From the NCBI GenBank assembly GCA_027622665.1, contig JAQBYT010000023.1:1-57893 (forward strand): a stretch of DNA of 57,893 nucleotides, given 5' to 3'. The notes beneath the pieces are model-generated. The model worked only from the letters and a program-made list of their open reading frames with translations, made no database searches and was not told where the DNA came from. Position 1 is the first letter of the stretch, and the number at the start of each line of letters is the position of its first letter. The stretch is from Verrucomicrobiota bacterium. Its GTDB lineage: Bacteria; Verrucomicrobiota; Verrucomicrobiia; Opitutales; Seribacteraceae. Below are positions 26,201-35,345 of this stretch, one piece after another. A program made the position numbers and the translations under genes.

Positions 26201-27210
26201 CTGCTATGGCTATGCTGGATGGTTCTCCGGATGACGAATACGTCTTTTTACGGGGCAATCATCGAAGCCTGGGAGATGAGGTTCCCCGTCGGTTTCTCGA
26301 GGCATTGGGCGGCGTAGAGAGACCTGCTCCTGAAGCAGGTAGCGGACGACTTGAATTAGCCCGGCAAATCACCGACCCAAAACGTAATCCTTTTGTCTCC
26401 CGCGTATTGGTTAACCGTTTGTGGCACCACTTGTTCGGCCGTGGTATCGTTCCGTCCACCGATGACTTCGGGGTTTTGGGCCAACGACCTACTCATCCGG
26501 ATTTGCTCGATCACTTGGCTGGGCGGCTTGTTGATAACAAATGGTCCGTGAAGGCAATGATCAAGGAGATCATCATTAGCCGAACCTATCAAATGTGTAG
26601 CGAGGCAAAGGGCCCCGGAGAAAGTAAGGATCCCTCGAATGCCCTGTGGCATCGAGCCAATTTACGTCGATTGCAATCAGAGTCCATTCGAGATGCCTTG
26701 CTTTTTGTTTCGGGTAGGCTTGATGAAAAGATGTACGGCAAATCAGTAGCTACGTACTTAACGGCTTTCATGGAGGGTAGAGGAAGACCCGGAGCAGGCC
26801 CGCTCGATGGCAATGGGAGACGTAGTGTGTATGTCTCCGTGCGCCGAAATTTTCTTTCCCCCTTCATGTTGGCGTTCGATACTCCTTCTCCGTTCAACGC
26901 CGTGGGGCGTCGCACGAACTCAAACGTGCCTTCGCAGGCCCTCATCCTGATGAATGATCCTTTTGTCGTGGGGCAAGCTACTCTCTGGGGAAAAAAAATA
27001 ATCTCGCAGTTTAGCGATGTTCGGGAGCGCATCAGCTTTCTTTACGAATCTGCTTTTGCTCGCCCACCCAGCGAGTTCGAGATGAATGCATCGAGAGCTT
27101 TTATTGTCGAACAGGCTAAGCTTCATGGCGTTGCTGAGGATCATGAGTTACCATGGAAGGATTTGGCTCACGCCATAATCAATACTAAGGAATTCATCTT
27201 TTTGAATTAA
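23254..27210 (+). CDS. PSD1/planctomycete cytochrome c protein (PSCyt1-DUF1549-insert-DUF1553)
   Basis: FFESKVRPLLIERCYKCH, HWSWKP, CARCHDHKFD, VNRLWHHLFGRG, RRSVY, C-terminal INTKEFIFLN. Confidence 0.93.
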   Translation: MFVKNANAFVGFAVSLLAAFSTFGKEVFPASDLVFFESKVRPLLIERCYKCHSHKAKKLKGDLYLDSRKGTLHGGETGPAVKPGDLSGSLLIEAIRYRDPDLQMPPKTKLSASEIETLERWVSMGAPWPDEPEPTGGKVEKEFDLAGRKASHWSWKPVVEPALPQVKDGTWGKLPIDRFILSRLENSGLTPAGPADRRTLIRRATFDLRGMPPTPEEVNAFVEDDSENAFEQVVDRLLDSSEFGEKWARHWMDLFRYAESRGHEFDANAANAFRYRDYLIRALNADVPYDQFVTEHVAGDLLEKPRLHPETGANESILATGFWFLGEWIHSPVDTRQDEADRFDNMIGVFSKSFLGLTVACARCHDHKFDAISTKDFYAIQGYLQSSGYRQARYETMDHNGRIARELDQLERSSELGKKLGASLGGGSTDLAQYILAAGRILRGDVDSEKDVLVKSDPASTDPIVFADFEDGTYGKWLSSGTAFGKGPVTLETKASYQGDIRHRGKFFVNSHNVRLSGKTPSSGLADDQLGSLTSPRFRIERDFITFLVGGGAYQKETCVNLLVDGKVVLSATGRSNNTMLENSWDVRRWRGAEARVQVVDQRKGGWGNIGLDHIVFTNEKMAGTTKLVANVGFDDASVAFVAKTEKLNRNKLLAWSKAFAQAKSNRADPLAPLASVFANEKPNWNPLRSANANLESRRSKFLESFGKLELAVDYGNLAHGLFMQDGVTFGQRVKLPGDLLLDGEGGIAGIARWGMARRESVWRGLRIVDSAKDAGSLGFTRAGITLRSPTFTNTHGDAHYLVRGKGKAVAVVDSHRLIQGPLHGNMAIDVGRPGELTWVTQDLDKRGQTYLGHRLHVEFTPTDANDFEVLMIDLSNDSGARGEVLNFLKNPPNALVLGADGFGEAPSREQLAALLSNNLKSVAGKLGNPFGNKPADFEQAYLADWLVRNKGLTGLDGAKNVSDEFLSGHKELVSRIKRDSRTAMAMLDGSPDDEYVFLRGNHRSLGDEVPRRFLEALGGVERPAPEAGSGRLELARQITDPKRNPFVSRVLVNRLWHHLFGRGIVPSTDDFGVLGQRPTHPDLLDHLAGRLVDNKWSVKAMIKEIIISRTYQMCSEAKGPGESKDPSNALWHRANLRRLQSESIRDALLFVSGRLDEKMYGKSVATYLTAFMEGRGRPGAGPLDGNGRRSVYVSVRRNFLSPFMLAFDTPSPFNAVGRRTNSNVPSQALILMNDPFVVGQATLWGKKIISQFSDVRERISFLYESAFARPPSEFEMNASRAFIVEQAKLHGVAEDHELPWKDLAHAIINTKEFIFLN

Positions 27211-27232
27211 AGAGACAGTCATATATCATATC

Positions 27233-28693
27233 ATGAATCATCATTGCGGAAAATTTCGAGGAGCTCCTACGACGCGACGGAGCATGTTGAAAAATTGCGG
27301 AATGGGCTTTGGGGCGATGGCCTTTTCCGCCTTGTTGCATGACAAGTCCTTTGCCGGGCTTGATTCTTCGGGTAAAGATCGCCATTCCGCCTTCAATCCG
27401 CTGACGCCCCGCCGCCCACATTTTCCGGCTCGGGCCAAAAGCGTCATCTTTCTTTACATGGACGGAGGGGTGTCGCACGTCGATTCCTTCGACCCCAAGC
27501 CCATGCTCGAAAAATTTCACGGGCAGGATCCGAGAAAGCTTATGGATGTCCAACCGACCCAATTCAACAGCATTGGCAAGGTGTTGAAGAGTCATTGGGA
27601 ATTTAAAAATTATGGTAAGAGCGGCTTGCCCGTAAGTGATTTGTTTCCTCACATCGGATCATGCGCCGATGACATTTGTGTAATTCGTTCGATGACTTCT
27701 AATTTTTCCGAACATACAAATGCGAATTATTTTCTTCACACCGGGAATGGTCTGCAGGGTCGACCCAGCATGGGAGCTTGGGCTGGATATGGTTTGGGCA
27801 GCGAAAATCAGGATTTGCCGGGTTTCGTGGTGGTGAACGGGGGACTGGTTCCGCCGGGTGGATTGGACAACTTTAATGCCGGTTATCTTCCGGCCGCTTA
27901 TCAGGGCAGTGTCTTCCGTGCGTCAAACCCTCCTGTCTCCAATGTCAAGATGAGTGATCCTAGTGATGCTCACCAGCGGGCTAAATTGAACTTCATGCGC
28001 AAACTGGATTCTGAGAACTTGAAGCGAGCGGGTGGACATGACGCTTTGGAGTCGGCCATTTCCAATCATGAACTAGCCTACCGAATGCAATTGGAGGTTC
28101 CCGAGCTAATGGACCTTTCGGACGAACCCGAATACCTCAAGGAAGCTTATGGATTTAATCATAGCTGGAATGGTACCAAGACTTTTGCTCGTTCTTGCAT
28201 GACTGCTAGGCGTTTGGTCGAACGCGGGGTACGGTTTATTGAACTGACTTGCCCCGGCGGATCGGGAGACCGTTGGGACCAGCATGGCAAATTGAAGGAT
28301 GGACATACGAAAAACGCCCGTTCCGTAGATCAACCAATTGGCACCTTACTTAAGGATCTTAAGCAACGGGGTTTGCTTGAGGAGACCCTCGTTGTATGGA
28401 CTGGCGAGTTTGGTCGCACTCCTTTTGCCCAAGGTGGCGACGGTCGCGATCACCATCCCTTTGGGTTTTCCCTTTGGATGGCCGGTGGTGGTGTGAGAGG
28501 TGGCGCGACTTATGGGGCCACCGACGAGTTTGGTTATCATGTGGTTGAGAATAAGCTCGAGATACATGATTTGCACGCGACCATGCTTCATTTGTTAGGT
28601 CTAGATCACGAGCGATCCACCTTCCGTTATGGCGGTCGTGATATGCGGTTGACTGACGTTCACGGGCACGTCATCAAAGACATAATCGCATAA
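27233..28693 (+). CDS. DUF1501 protein, copy 4
   Basis: TRRSMLK, AKSVIFLYMDGGVSHVDSFDPKP, WDQH, GEFGRTP..GRDH, RLTDVHG. Confidence 0.93.
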   Translation: MNHHCGKFRGAPTTRRSMLKNCGMGFGAMAFSALLHDKSFAGLDSSGKDRHSAFNPLTPRRPHFPARAKSVIFLYMDGGVSHVDSFDPKPMLEKFHGQDPRKLMDVQPTQFNSIGKVLKSHWEFKNYGKSGLPVSDLFPHIGSCADDICVIRSMTSNFSEHTNANYFLHTGNGLQGRPSMGAWAGYGLGSENQDLPGFVVVNGGLVPPGGLDNFNAGYLPAAYQGSVFRASNPPVSNVKMSDPSDAHQRAKLNFMRKLDSENLKRAGGHDALESAISNHELAYRMQLEVPELMDLSDEPEYLKEAYGFNHSWNGTKTFARSCMTARRLVERGVRFIELTCPGGSGDRWDQHGKLKDGHTKNARSVDQPIGTLLKDLKQRGLLEETLVVWTGEFGRTPFAQGGDGRDHHPFGFSLWMAGGGVRGGATYGATDEFGYHVVENKLEIHDLHATMLHLLGLDHERSTFRYGGRDMRLTDVHGHVIKDIIA

Positions 28694-28732
28694 CCTTAAA
28701 CATGAATTAGGGTTAGGTGCTCTAATTAAGTC

Positions 28733-29856
28733 ATGGATCAGCCCGCAGGCATTGAGCTCGTTGAAGAGGTTGTGGATTCAGAGGAAGTTTCTTCTGAGGC
28801 ACCACGTCTTGAGACTCCTTTGCAGAAATACATGCGTGAGTATCGCTTGCTGAACAGCATGCTGATTTCTCTTTTTTTAATGGTTTTGTTTCTCGTTTGC
28901 TTCTGGAACCTCATCATTTGGACCGCGCCTGAAGGAGATGGCATGTCCGACTTCTCTGATGCCGCGCCAGTGGTCAGACAGAAAAAGAAGTAGCAGCAAA
29001 AGGTTAAACTTATGCAGCGTCAAAAAGCTGCCAAGCCTTCCCGGTCTTTCAGCTTTCAGGCGAAGGCCATTTCGGATGTTGCGGCGCCGGATTTTGATAT
29101 CAAGGCGCTTGAGATTAATCCTGCGATTGCCGTTAGCCCGATGGGTGACGTAGGTGACGTAAGTGTGAAGGTGGATGTGTCGGCTCTCGACAAGGCGTTT
29201 GCTTCAACCTTCATGGGCATGAAGTCGCGGGCCAACAAGATTTGTTTCATCATTGATTATTCCGCTTCCATGCGTGGTCGCGACCTCGTCATGCGGGATG
29301 AGTTGACCATGGGTATCGACAAGTTGCCTGCGGTCGGTTCCGTTTGCGTCATGTTCTTTTCCGGTCCCACTTGGTTTGCCGGTGAAAACGCCAATGCCTT
29401 GCACAAAAAATGGAAAGGTACAAATGGCGCCGGTTGGGCACCAAATGCGGGATTTACTCCAAGTAGACCAAAATGGATTCCTGTAACTCCTTCCACCAAA
29501 AAGAAATTGACCGAAGCGGTTTGGGAAACTCCGCTTACTTTCGGTACCGTGTGAAACAACTCTTTTGTGTGGGCTTTTTACCTGAACCCCAAGCCCGACA
29601 TCATCTATTTTATGACCGATGGAAACTCCAACCAAAAGCTTCAAGGGATGGATGTTCTCAAGGCCAAGAAAGGTCGTACTAAAATTTACACCATCGGCTA
29701 TGGGGCACCAACCGGGGCTAAAAACCTTTGGAAGAAATTGCCGCAATGACCGGAGGCAAGAGCAAGTTCGTCGACATGGCAGCAATCCAGAAGATGGAAA
29801 AGGCCATTCCTGCAAAAAAGAAGGCCATGATCGGAAAAAAGAAAGGCAAAGGGTAG
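28733..29856 (+). pseudogene. membrane-anchored vWA-domain protein with two in-frame stops and a frameshift
   Basis: One frame runs through TAG (28991) and TGA (29552); vWA motifs FIIDYSASM and IYFMTDG; adding one A to the A5 run (29720-29724) restores the PLEEIAAMTGGKSKFVD end to the TAG at 29854. Confidence 0.8.
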
Positions 29857-30006
29857 TTTACTCTCCGTTTTCTTCCTACCAACTTTTCCTCAAACCAGCA
29901 AGGGAGTCCCTTCGGTCATTTGATTGAATTCAATCTTTATGATTTGCTTTTTGGCCAACTCGGTTCTCATCTTTACTACTCATTTTAATCTAGAATAAAC
30001 CAAACC

Positions 30007-30888
30007 ATGAAAAATGCCTTACGCTTTTTAATAGTTCTTTCTTTCTCCGGTTTTATCAATTCCTTCCTTTCGGCCGAATCCATAAAGGTTCTTTTGATCG
30101 ACGGGCAAAACAATCACAATTGGAAGGCGACTACGCCTGTGCTTAAAAAAGCCCTCGAAAGCTCCGGTCGTTTTTCCGTTACCGTATCCACTAGTCCTGC
30201 TAGAAATGGGTCTAAGGATGACTGGGCTAAGTGGAATCCGAAATTCGGATCTTTTGACGTTACTCTTAGCAACTACAACGGGCAATCTTGGCCTGATCCC
30301 CTGCAGAAGTCCCTCGAGGATTACGTTAAGGGTGGAGGAGCCTTTGTCGTTGTCCATGCCGCCAATAATTCTTTTTCAGGTTGGTTGGAGTACAATCGCA
30401 TGATTGGTTTGGGTGGCTGGGGAGGGCGCACCGAGAAGAACGGTCCATATTTATATTTTGACGACTCCAATAAGCTTGTGCGCGATCCTCGTCCCGGTCA
30501 TGGGGGTAGTCATGGAGCGCAGCACGAGTTTACAGTAAAACTCCGACAAAAGGATCATCCCATCGTGAAGGGCATGCCCGCCGAGTGGAAGCACGCCAAA
30601 GATGAGCTATATGACTCTCTGCGAGGTCCTGCGGATAAGGTTGAGGTCATCGCCACGGCGTACAGCTCAAAAAGCAAAAGGCACGAGCCAATTATCATGA
30701 CAATAAGCTATGGGAAGGGCAGGGTTTTCCACACACCTATGGGGCATGCCGACTATTCCATGCTCTGCGTTGGTTTCCAAGACGTTCTGCGTCGAGGAAC
30801 TGAATGGGCTGTCACAGGTAAGGTTACCCAAGCCTTGTCGAAAGAATTTCCTTCTGTGGACAAAACGGTTTCGGTGTCCGCGAACTAG
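30007..30888 (+). CDS. ThuA-like (class I glutamine amidotransferase fold) secreted protein
   Basis: VLLIDGQNNHNW, GGAFVVVHAANNSF, DELY..LRGPA, YGKGRVFHT.MGH, RGTEWA. Confidence 0.88.
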   Translation: MKNALRFLIVLSFSGFINSFLSAESIKVLLIDGQNNHNWKATTPVLKKALESSGRFSVTVSTSPARNGSKDDWAKWNPKFGSFDVTLSNYNGQSWPDPLQKSLEDYVKGGGAFVVVHAANNSFSGWLEYNRMIGLGGWGGRTEKNGPYLYFDDSNKLVRDPRPGHGGSHGAQHEFTVKLRQKDHPIVKGMPAEWKHAKDELYDSLRGPADKVEVIATAYSSKSKRHEPIIMTISYGKGRVFHTPMGHADYSMLCVGFQDVLRRGTEWAVTGKVTQALSKEFPSVDKTVSVSAN

Positions 30889-30915
30889 GCTTCATCTTGT
30901 TTCTTAAGGCACAAA

Positions 30916-30943
30916 AAAAAGACCGCCCGGAGGCGGTCTTTTT
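30916..30943. terminator. bidirectional rho-independent terminator
   Basis: AAAAAGACCGCC-CGGA-GGCGGTCTTTTT between convergent genes. Confidence 0.85.
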
Positions 30944-30979
30944 CCGTTCGAAAATCCTTTTCGAAAGAGACTTGCGAGC

Positions 30980-31105
30980 TTACTCGCTAGCGTTGCTATC
31001 GGCAGCACTGCCGTTAACATCGTCTCCTCCAGTGTCATCACCACCACCGCAAGAAGCGAAGAGGGCGATAGACAGGATACTTAAGATGGTCAGAAAGCTT
31101 TTCAT
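30980..31105 (-). CDS. 41-aa small lipoprotein (absent from the ORF track)
   Basis: MKSFLTILSILSIALFAS-CGGGDDTGGDDVNGSAADSNASE*; AAGGA SD upstream, terminator downstream. Confidence 0.75.
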   Translation of the reverse strand: MKSFLTILSILSIALFASCGGGDDTGGDDVNGSAADSNASE

Positions 31106-31316
31106 GACGTCAGTTTCCTTAATGTTTGGTTTATATTTGTTTATCTAAAACCGCTTCCGAAGAAGTGGATTGTTGCCCAATAAAATCAACGTTTTGGGCA
31201 ATTTGTCAAGGGGAAAGGCGGACACTGCCAAGGGGGTGTCGGGTATCCGGGAAGGTTTTCCGTTTACTTTTTCCTCACGAGTCATTCTTTAGGTGATTTT
31301 AACAACTTCTTATTCT

Positions 31317-32852
31317 ATGGCTTCTCATTTAATTGGAATAGACGTGGGAACCTCCTCAACCAAGGCGGTTCTAATCGACGTATCCGGGGAGGTGGTCGAG
31401 ACCATTGTTTCCGAATACGACTTTCAAACGCCGAGACCCTCCTGGGCGGAATCGGATCCCGCCGACTGGTGGGATGCCACCGTGACGGCAATACGAGCTC
31501 TGCTCACCAAGGTGGATCCTGCGAGCATTCTCGGTGTAGGGCTAACGGGCCAGATGCACGGGATGGTTGCCTTGGATGGCAAGGGGGAGGTTCTTAGACC
31601 CTGCATCATGTGGAATGATCAGCGTACGGGAAAGCAATGCGAGGCCATCACGGAGAAGGTGGGTGCGGAAAAGGTTATCCAGTTAACCGGTAACCCCGTC
31701 CTGCCTGGTTTTACTGCTCCGAAAATTGTGTGGACTCGCGAAAACGAGCCGGAGGTTTATGCGAGGATTACAAAAATTCTGCTTCCCAAGGACTATGTTC
31801 GCTACAAGCTGACCGGGGATTTCTTTACCGATGTATCAGACGCCTCCGGTACCTCGTTACTTGATGTTGCGAATCGATGTTGGTCGCATGAGATGCTAGC
31901 GGCCATGGATATTCCGTCTTCGTGGATGCCCGAAGTTACTGAGTCGGACGTGGCCTCTGCCAAAATCTCCAAGTTCGGCGCTGAGGCCACTGGCCTGCCG
32001 GAGGGTACGCCGGTTATTGCCGGAGGCGGAGATCAAGCGGCGCAAGCGGTTGGTTGCGGCATCGTGGGGGCAGGTACCATTTCCGCCACCTTGGGAACCA
32101 GCGGTGTTGTCTTTGCGCACAGCGATGAGTACCGGGTAGAGCCCGAGGGTAAGCTTCATGCCTTTTGCCATGCCGTTCCCGGCAAGTGGCATCTCATGGG
32201 AGTGATGCTTTCAGCGGCTGGTTCTTTCCAGTGGTATCGCAACCAGTTTGGAAGAGAGGAAATGGCTGCTGAAGCCAACGGTGGTATTGATGCTTACGAC
32301 GCACTCACCCAATTGGCATCCGGAGCCCCTGCCGGATCCGAGGGTTTACTTTTCTTGCCTTACCTGTCGGGTGAGCGAACACCTTATCCTGATCCTAATG
32401 CCCGTGGAAGCTTCATTGGTTTGAGCCTGCGACATGGCAAAAGTCACCTGACGAGAGCCGTTTTGGAAGGAGTGTGTTATGGGCTTAACGATTCTCTCAC
32501 GCTCATGCGTGGTCTCGGTATCGAACCTGACAGGATCATTCTTTCGGGAGGAGGTACCCGTTCCCCCCTCTGGAAGCAGATGCTCGCCGATGTTTTCGGT
32601 ACTCGTTGCGAAATGGTGAACGCCTTGGAAGGCGCAGCCTATGGTGCGGCTTTGTTAGCTTCTGTCGGTGCAGGCGTCCACAACAGTGTGCAGGAGGCAT
32701 GTTCGGCTTGTATTCGTGTAACTGATTCTGTGGATACGGGTGCGGAACGAGAAATTTACGAAGCTTTTTATCCTAGGTACCGAGCTTTATACCCGGCTCT
32801 CAAGGATGAATTTGCCGCTTTGGCCGAGATCGTTGCAGGACAAGCTGGGTGA
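31317..32852 (+). CDS. xylB: xylulokinase (FGGY family)
   Basis: GIDVGTSSTK, GLTGQMHG, WNDQRT, GFTAPK, GGGDQAA, FLPYLSGERTP. Confidence 0.92.
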   Translation: MASHLIGIDVGTSSTKAVLIDVSGEVVETIVSEYDFQTPRPSWAESDPADWWDATVTAIRALLTKVDPASILGVGLTGQMHGMVALDGKGEVLRPCIMWNDQRTGKQCEAITEKVGAEKVIQLTGNPVLPGFTAPKIVWTRENEPEVYARITKILLPKDYVRYKLTGDFFTDVSDASGTSLLDVANRCWSHEMLAAMDIPSSWMPEVTESDVASAKISKFGAEATGLPEGTPVIAGGGDQAAQAVGCGIVGAGTISATLGTSGVVFAHSDEYRVEPEGKLHAFCHAVPGKWHLMGVMLSAAGSFQWYRNQFGREEMAAEANGGIDAYDALTQLASGAPAGSEGLLFLPYLSGERTPYPDPNARGSFIGLSLRHGKSHLTRAVLEGVCYGLNDSLTLMRGLGIEPDRIILSGGGTRSPLWKQMLADVFGTRCEMVNALEGAAYGAALLASVGAGVHNSVQEACSACIRVTDSVDTGAEREIYEAFYPRYRALYPALKDEFAALAEIVAGQAG

Positions 32853-32897
32853 AGTCCTGTATTCTAACCAATCGCGGCTCACCTTTTTACGTGGGCA

Positions 32898-33659
32898 ATG
32901 GGTAGCGTCGATTACGATAGCGACCGCGTCCTACGCGAGTATCTCCTTTTCCACTACGGATTGGAGGATGAAATTTTGTCCAAAGGCCATGGTCCCAAGG
33001 AAGGACTTGGTTTTCCCGTGCGAACGGTTTCGGAATTGCTGGACTCCAATACCTGCGCTTCGTCTTCGTGTCGGGCCTTGGACCTCGGTTGCGCGGTCGG
33101 GCGTTCCAGTTTCGAGTTGGCCAGAACCTGTACCGACGTTGTGGCAGTGGATTATTCGGCGACCTTCATTAGAGCCGCGAAGACTCTCCGCGATTCAGGC
33201 GAATTGTCTTTCGGGTTTCCTTCCCAAGGCGAAAGACGGGTCCCTTCCGTTGCGCGAATTCCTTCTGGAGTGGATTCCACCAGAGTTCGTTTCTTGACGG
33301 AGGACGCTTGCCGTTTGCCGAATGACCTAGGGAACTTCGACATCGTTCATGCCGCAAACTTGCTTTGCAGGTTACCCGATCCCGGTGCTTTGATCGAGCG
33401 TTTGCCTGAGCTTGTTCGTCCGGGTGGACAATTGCTTTTGGCAACGCCCTTCACTTGGTTGGAAGAATTCACTCCAATGGGAAAGTGGTTGGGTGGTCGA
33501 CTCTCGGGCAAGGATTCAGCAGAGGTATTAAAGGATGTTCTTTCACCGAACTTTAGCTTGGAAATTGAAATCGATTTGCCTTTTTTGATTCGAGAGCACG
33601 AGCGGAAGTTTCAGTATGGGGTTTCTTATGGCACTCGATGGCGGCGCTTGGCGGAGTGA
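32898..33659 (+). CDS. SAM-dependent methyltransferase resembling the OvoA C-terminal domain
   Basis: YLLFHYG, ALDLGCAVGRSSFELAR, ANLLCRL.DP, PFTWLEEFTP..WLGG, IREH.RKFQ. Confidence 0.82.
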   Translation: MGSVDYDSDRVLREYLLFHYGLEDEILSKGHGPKEGLGFPVRTVSELLDSNTCASSSCRALDLGCAVGRSSFELARTCTDVVAVDYSATFIRAAKTLRDSGELSFGFPSQGERRVPSVARIPSGVDSTRVRFLTEDACRLPNDLGNFDIVHAANLLCRLPDPGALIERLPELVRPGGQLLLATPFTWLEEFTPMGKWLGGRLSGKDSAEVLKDVLSPNFSLEIEIDLPFLIREHERKFQYGVSYGTRWRRLAE

Positions 33660-33702
33660 ACGGTCTTGCTCCTCCAGTCATCGTGGCTTAGTCTCAATTA
33701 AA

Positions 33703-34014
33703 GTGAAAACAGTGGATGAATTACTTAGTTCGGTGGAATCTGATGTTGACCCACCCGCCGGCTTGCACCCTCTAGTTCTCTCTCTCTGGCTCGCCAAAAA
33801 AGGTCGTTGGGATGATTCTCACGAGGTGGCCCAAGACATTGACGAATCGGATGGTTCTTGGGTTCACGCCTACCTGCACAGGGTGGAGGGAGATGTGGGG
33901 AACGCTCGATACTGGTACTCTCGCGCTGGGAAACCGGCCAAGGGTGCCGATGATAGTTTGGATCAGGAATGGCTTGAGATAGCTGCAGTCTTGCTGGGAG
34001 ATCAGGCTCCCTGA
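33703..34014 (+). CDS. conserved hypothetical helical protein
   Basis: G.WD.SH..AQD....G.WVHAYLHR.EGD..NA.YWY.RAG family motif; GTG start 8 nt after TTGCTC-N17-TAGTCT. Confidence 0.8.
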   Translation: MKTVDELLSSVESDVDPPAGLHPLVLSLWLAKKGRWDDSHEVAQDIDESDGSWVHAYLHRVEGDVGNARYWYSRAGKPAKGADDSLDQEWLEIAAVLLGDQAP

Positions 34015-34024
34015 ATTCAGGAAT

Positions 34025-35266
34025 TTGAGTCAGGCGAAGAAATTTACTTTTACTGAGGGCGGGCGAGGGTCGCCCCAGTTGACACTTCCAAAGGAAAAAA
34101 GAAGCGATTGGATTACCCCAATCAGCTTACTTGTTCTTTGCGGGATGAGCGTACTTTTTATTCGATCTGCTCAAGCCTACGTAGGAGGAGGTTTATGGCG
34201 TATGCAGATTATTTGGGTGTTGATCGGGGCGTCATCTTACGCCGTCATGTCCTTGATCAACTACCATTTCTGGATGCGTTATGCCCACTACCTTTATGGA
34301 CTGGGACTGCTTGCGTTGTGTATGGTTTTTCTTGGTCCGGAGATCTATGGAGCCAAACGTTGGATTGATCTTGGGCTTTTTAAAATCCAGCCCGCAGAGG
34401 CGGCTAAGTTGGCCACTCTTGTCTTGGGGGCCAGTATTTTAGCTCGATCTGAAATTGGGACTCTTCGGGAATCGATGAAAGGCATTGGCAAAGTGACCCT
34501 TTGCTTTCTCCTTCCTATGTTCTTGATTTTCATGCAACCGGACTTAGGATCAACCCTTGTATTTCCACCGATGTTATTTTTTCTTTTATACGTTGCGAAA
34601 ATTCCTTCGCGTTTCTTTGTCGGCACATTTCTTCTATTTGTGGTGGCTTTGGGCGTGGTTGGGTTCGACGTATACCGTTACTATCAATTCAAAACTGAGA
34701 ATCCGCGACCTGACGATACCGTACTCGCTTATGAGGACACTTCGCTTCTGCCGCTAAGGGATTACCAGCGCAAACGCATTCTGACCTTCCTTGCTCCCGA
34801 GGTGGTGGATCGCGGTGGAGTAGGAGCTAACTGGAATCGCATCCAGGCTCTGATCGCCGTGGCTACCGGAGGACTTGGAGGCAAAGGCCTTGGAGACGGC
34901 ATGCAAGCCAAATTGGGTTACTTGCCCTCTGCCGTTGGCCATAATGATTTCATCTTTGCGGTACTGGCCGAGGAGGCCGGTTTCGCGGGAGGACTTCTTG
35001 CGCTGGGTCTATTCGCCGTGGTGATTATGGGCTGCCTTTTGGTGGCCGGCCGGGCGAGCGACCGTTTCGGTGCCATGTTGGCTACCGGGGCGGCGGCATT
35101 GTTGATGACTCACGTCTTCGTCAACGTCGGCATGACCTTAGGCATTACACCCATTACGGGTTTGCCTTTGCCCTTCCTCAGCTACGGTGGATCTTTCCTC
35201 GTTAGCTGCTGCATCCTGATGGGGTTAGTCCAGAGCGTGTATCGCCACAGGAAGGAGTTTCGATGA
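34025..35266 (+). CDS. rodA: RodA/FtsW SEDS-family peptidoglycan polymerase
   Basis: [58 protein letters not shown]. Confidence 0.9.
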   Translation: MSQAKKFTFTEGGRGSPQLTLPKEKRSDWITPISLLVLCGMSVLFIRSAQAYVGGGLWRMQIIWVLIGASSYAVMSLINYHFWMRYAHYLYGLGLLALCMVFLGPEIYGAKRWIDLGLFKIQPAEAAKLATLVLGASILARSEIGTLRESMKGIGKVTLCFLLPMFLIFMQPDLGSTLVFPPMLFFLLYVAKIPSRFFVGTFLLFVVALGVVGFDVYRYYQFKTENPRPDDTVLAYEDTSLLPLRDYQRKRILTFLAPEVVDRGGVGANWNRIQALIAVATGGLGGKGLGDGMQAKLGYLPSAVGHNDFIFAVLAEEAGFAGGLLALGLFAVVIMGCLLVAGRASDRFGAMLATGAAALLMTHVFVNVGMTLGITPITGLPLPFLSYGGSFLVSCCILMGLVQSVYRHRKEFR

Positions 35267-35345
35267 GTTTGCCCAAAGCATTTCTGCCGCTGGTGCAATC
35301 GAGCTCTTTGTCGTGGTTCGTGGGTTCCACAAATGTTCAATCGAC

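Noticed and set aside
29720..29724. Phase variation or programmed frameshift at the A5 run
   Set aside because: The run is short and the gene already has two upstream nonsense codons.
30897..31148. 83-aa plus-strand ORF
   Set aside because: It runs through the terminator and is antisense to the better-supported small lipoprotein.
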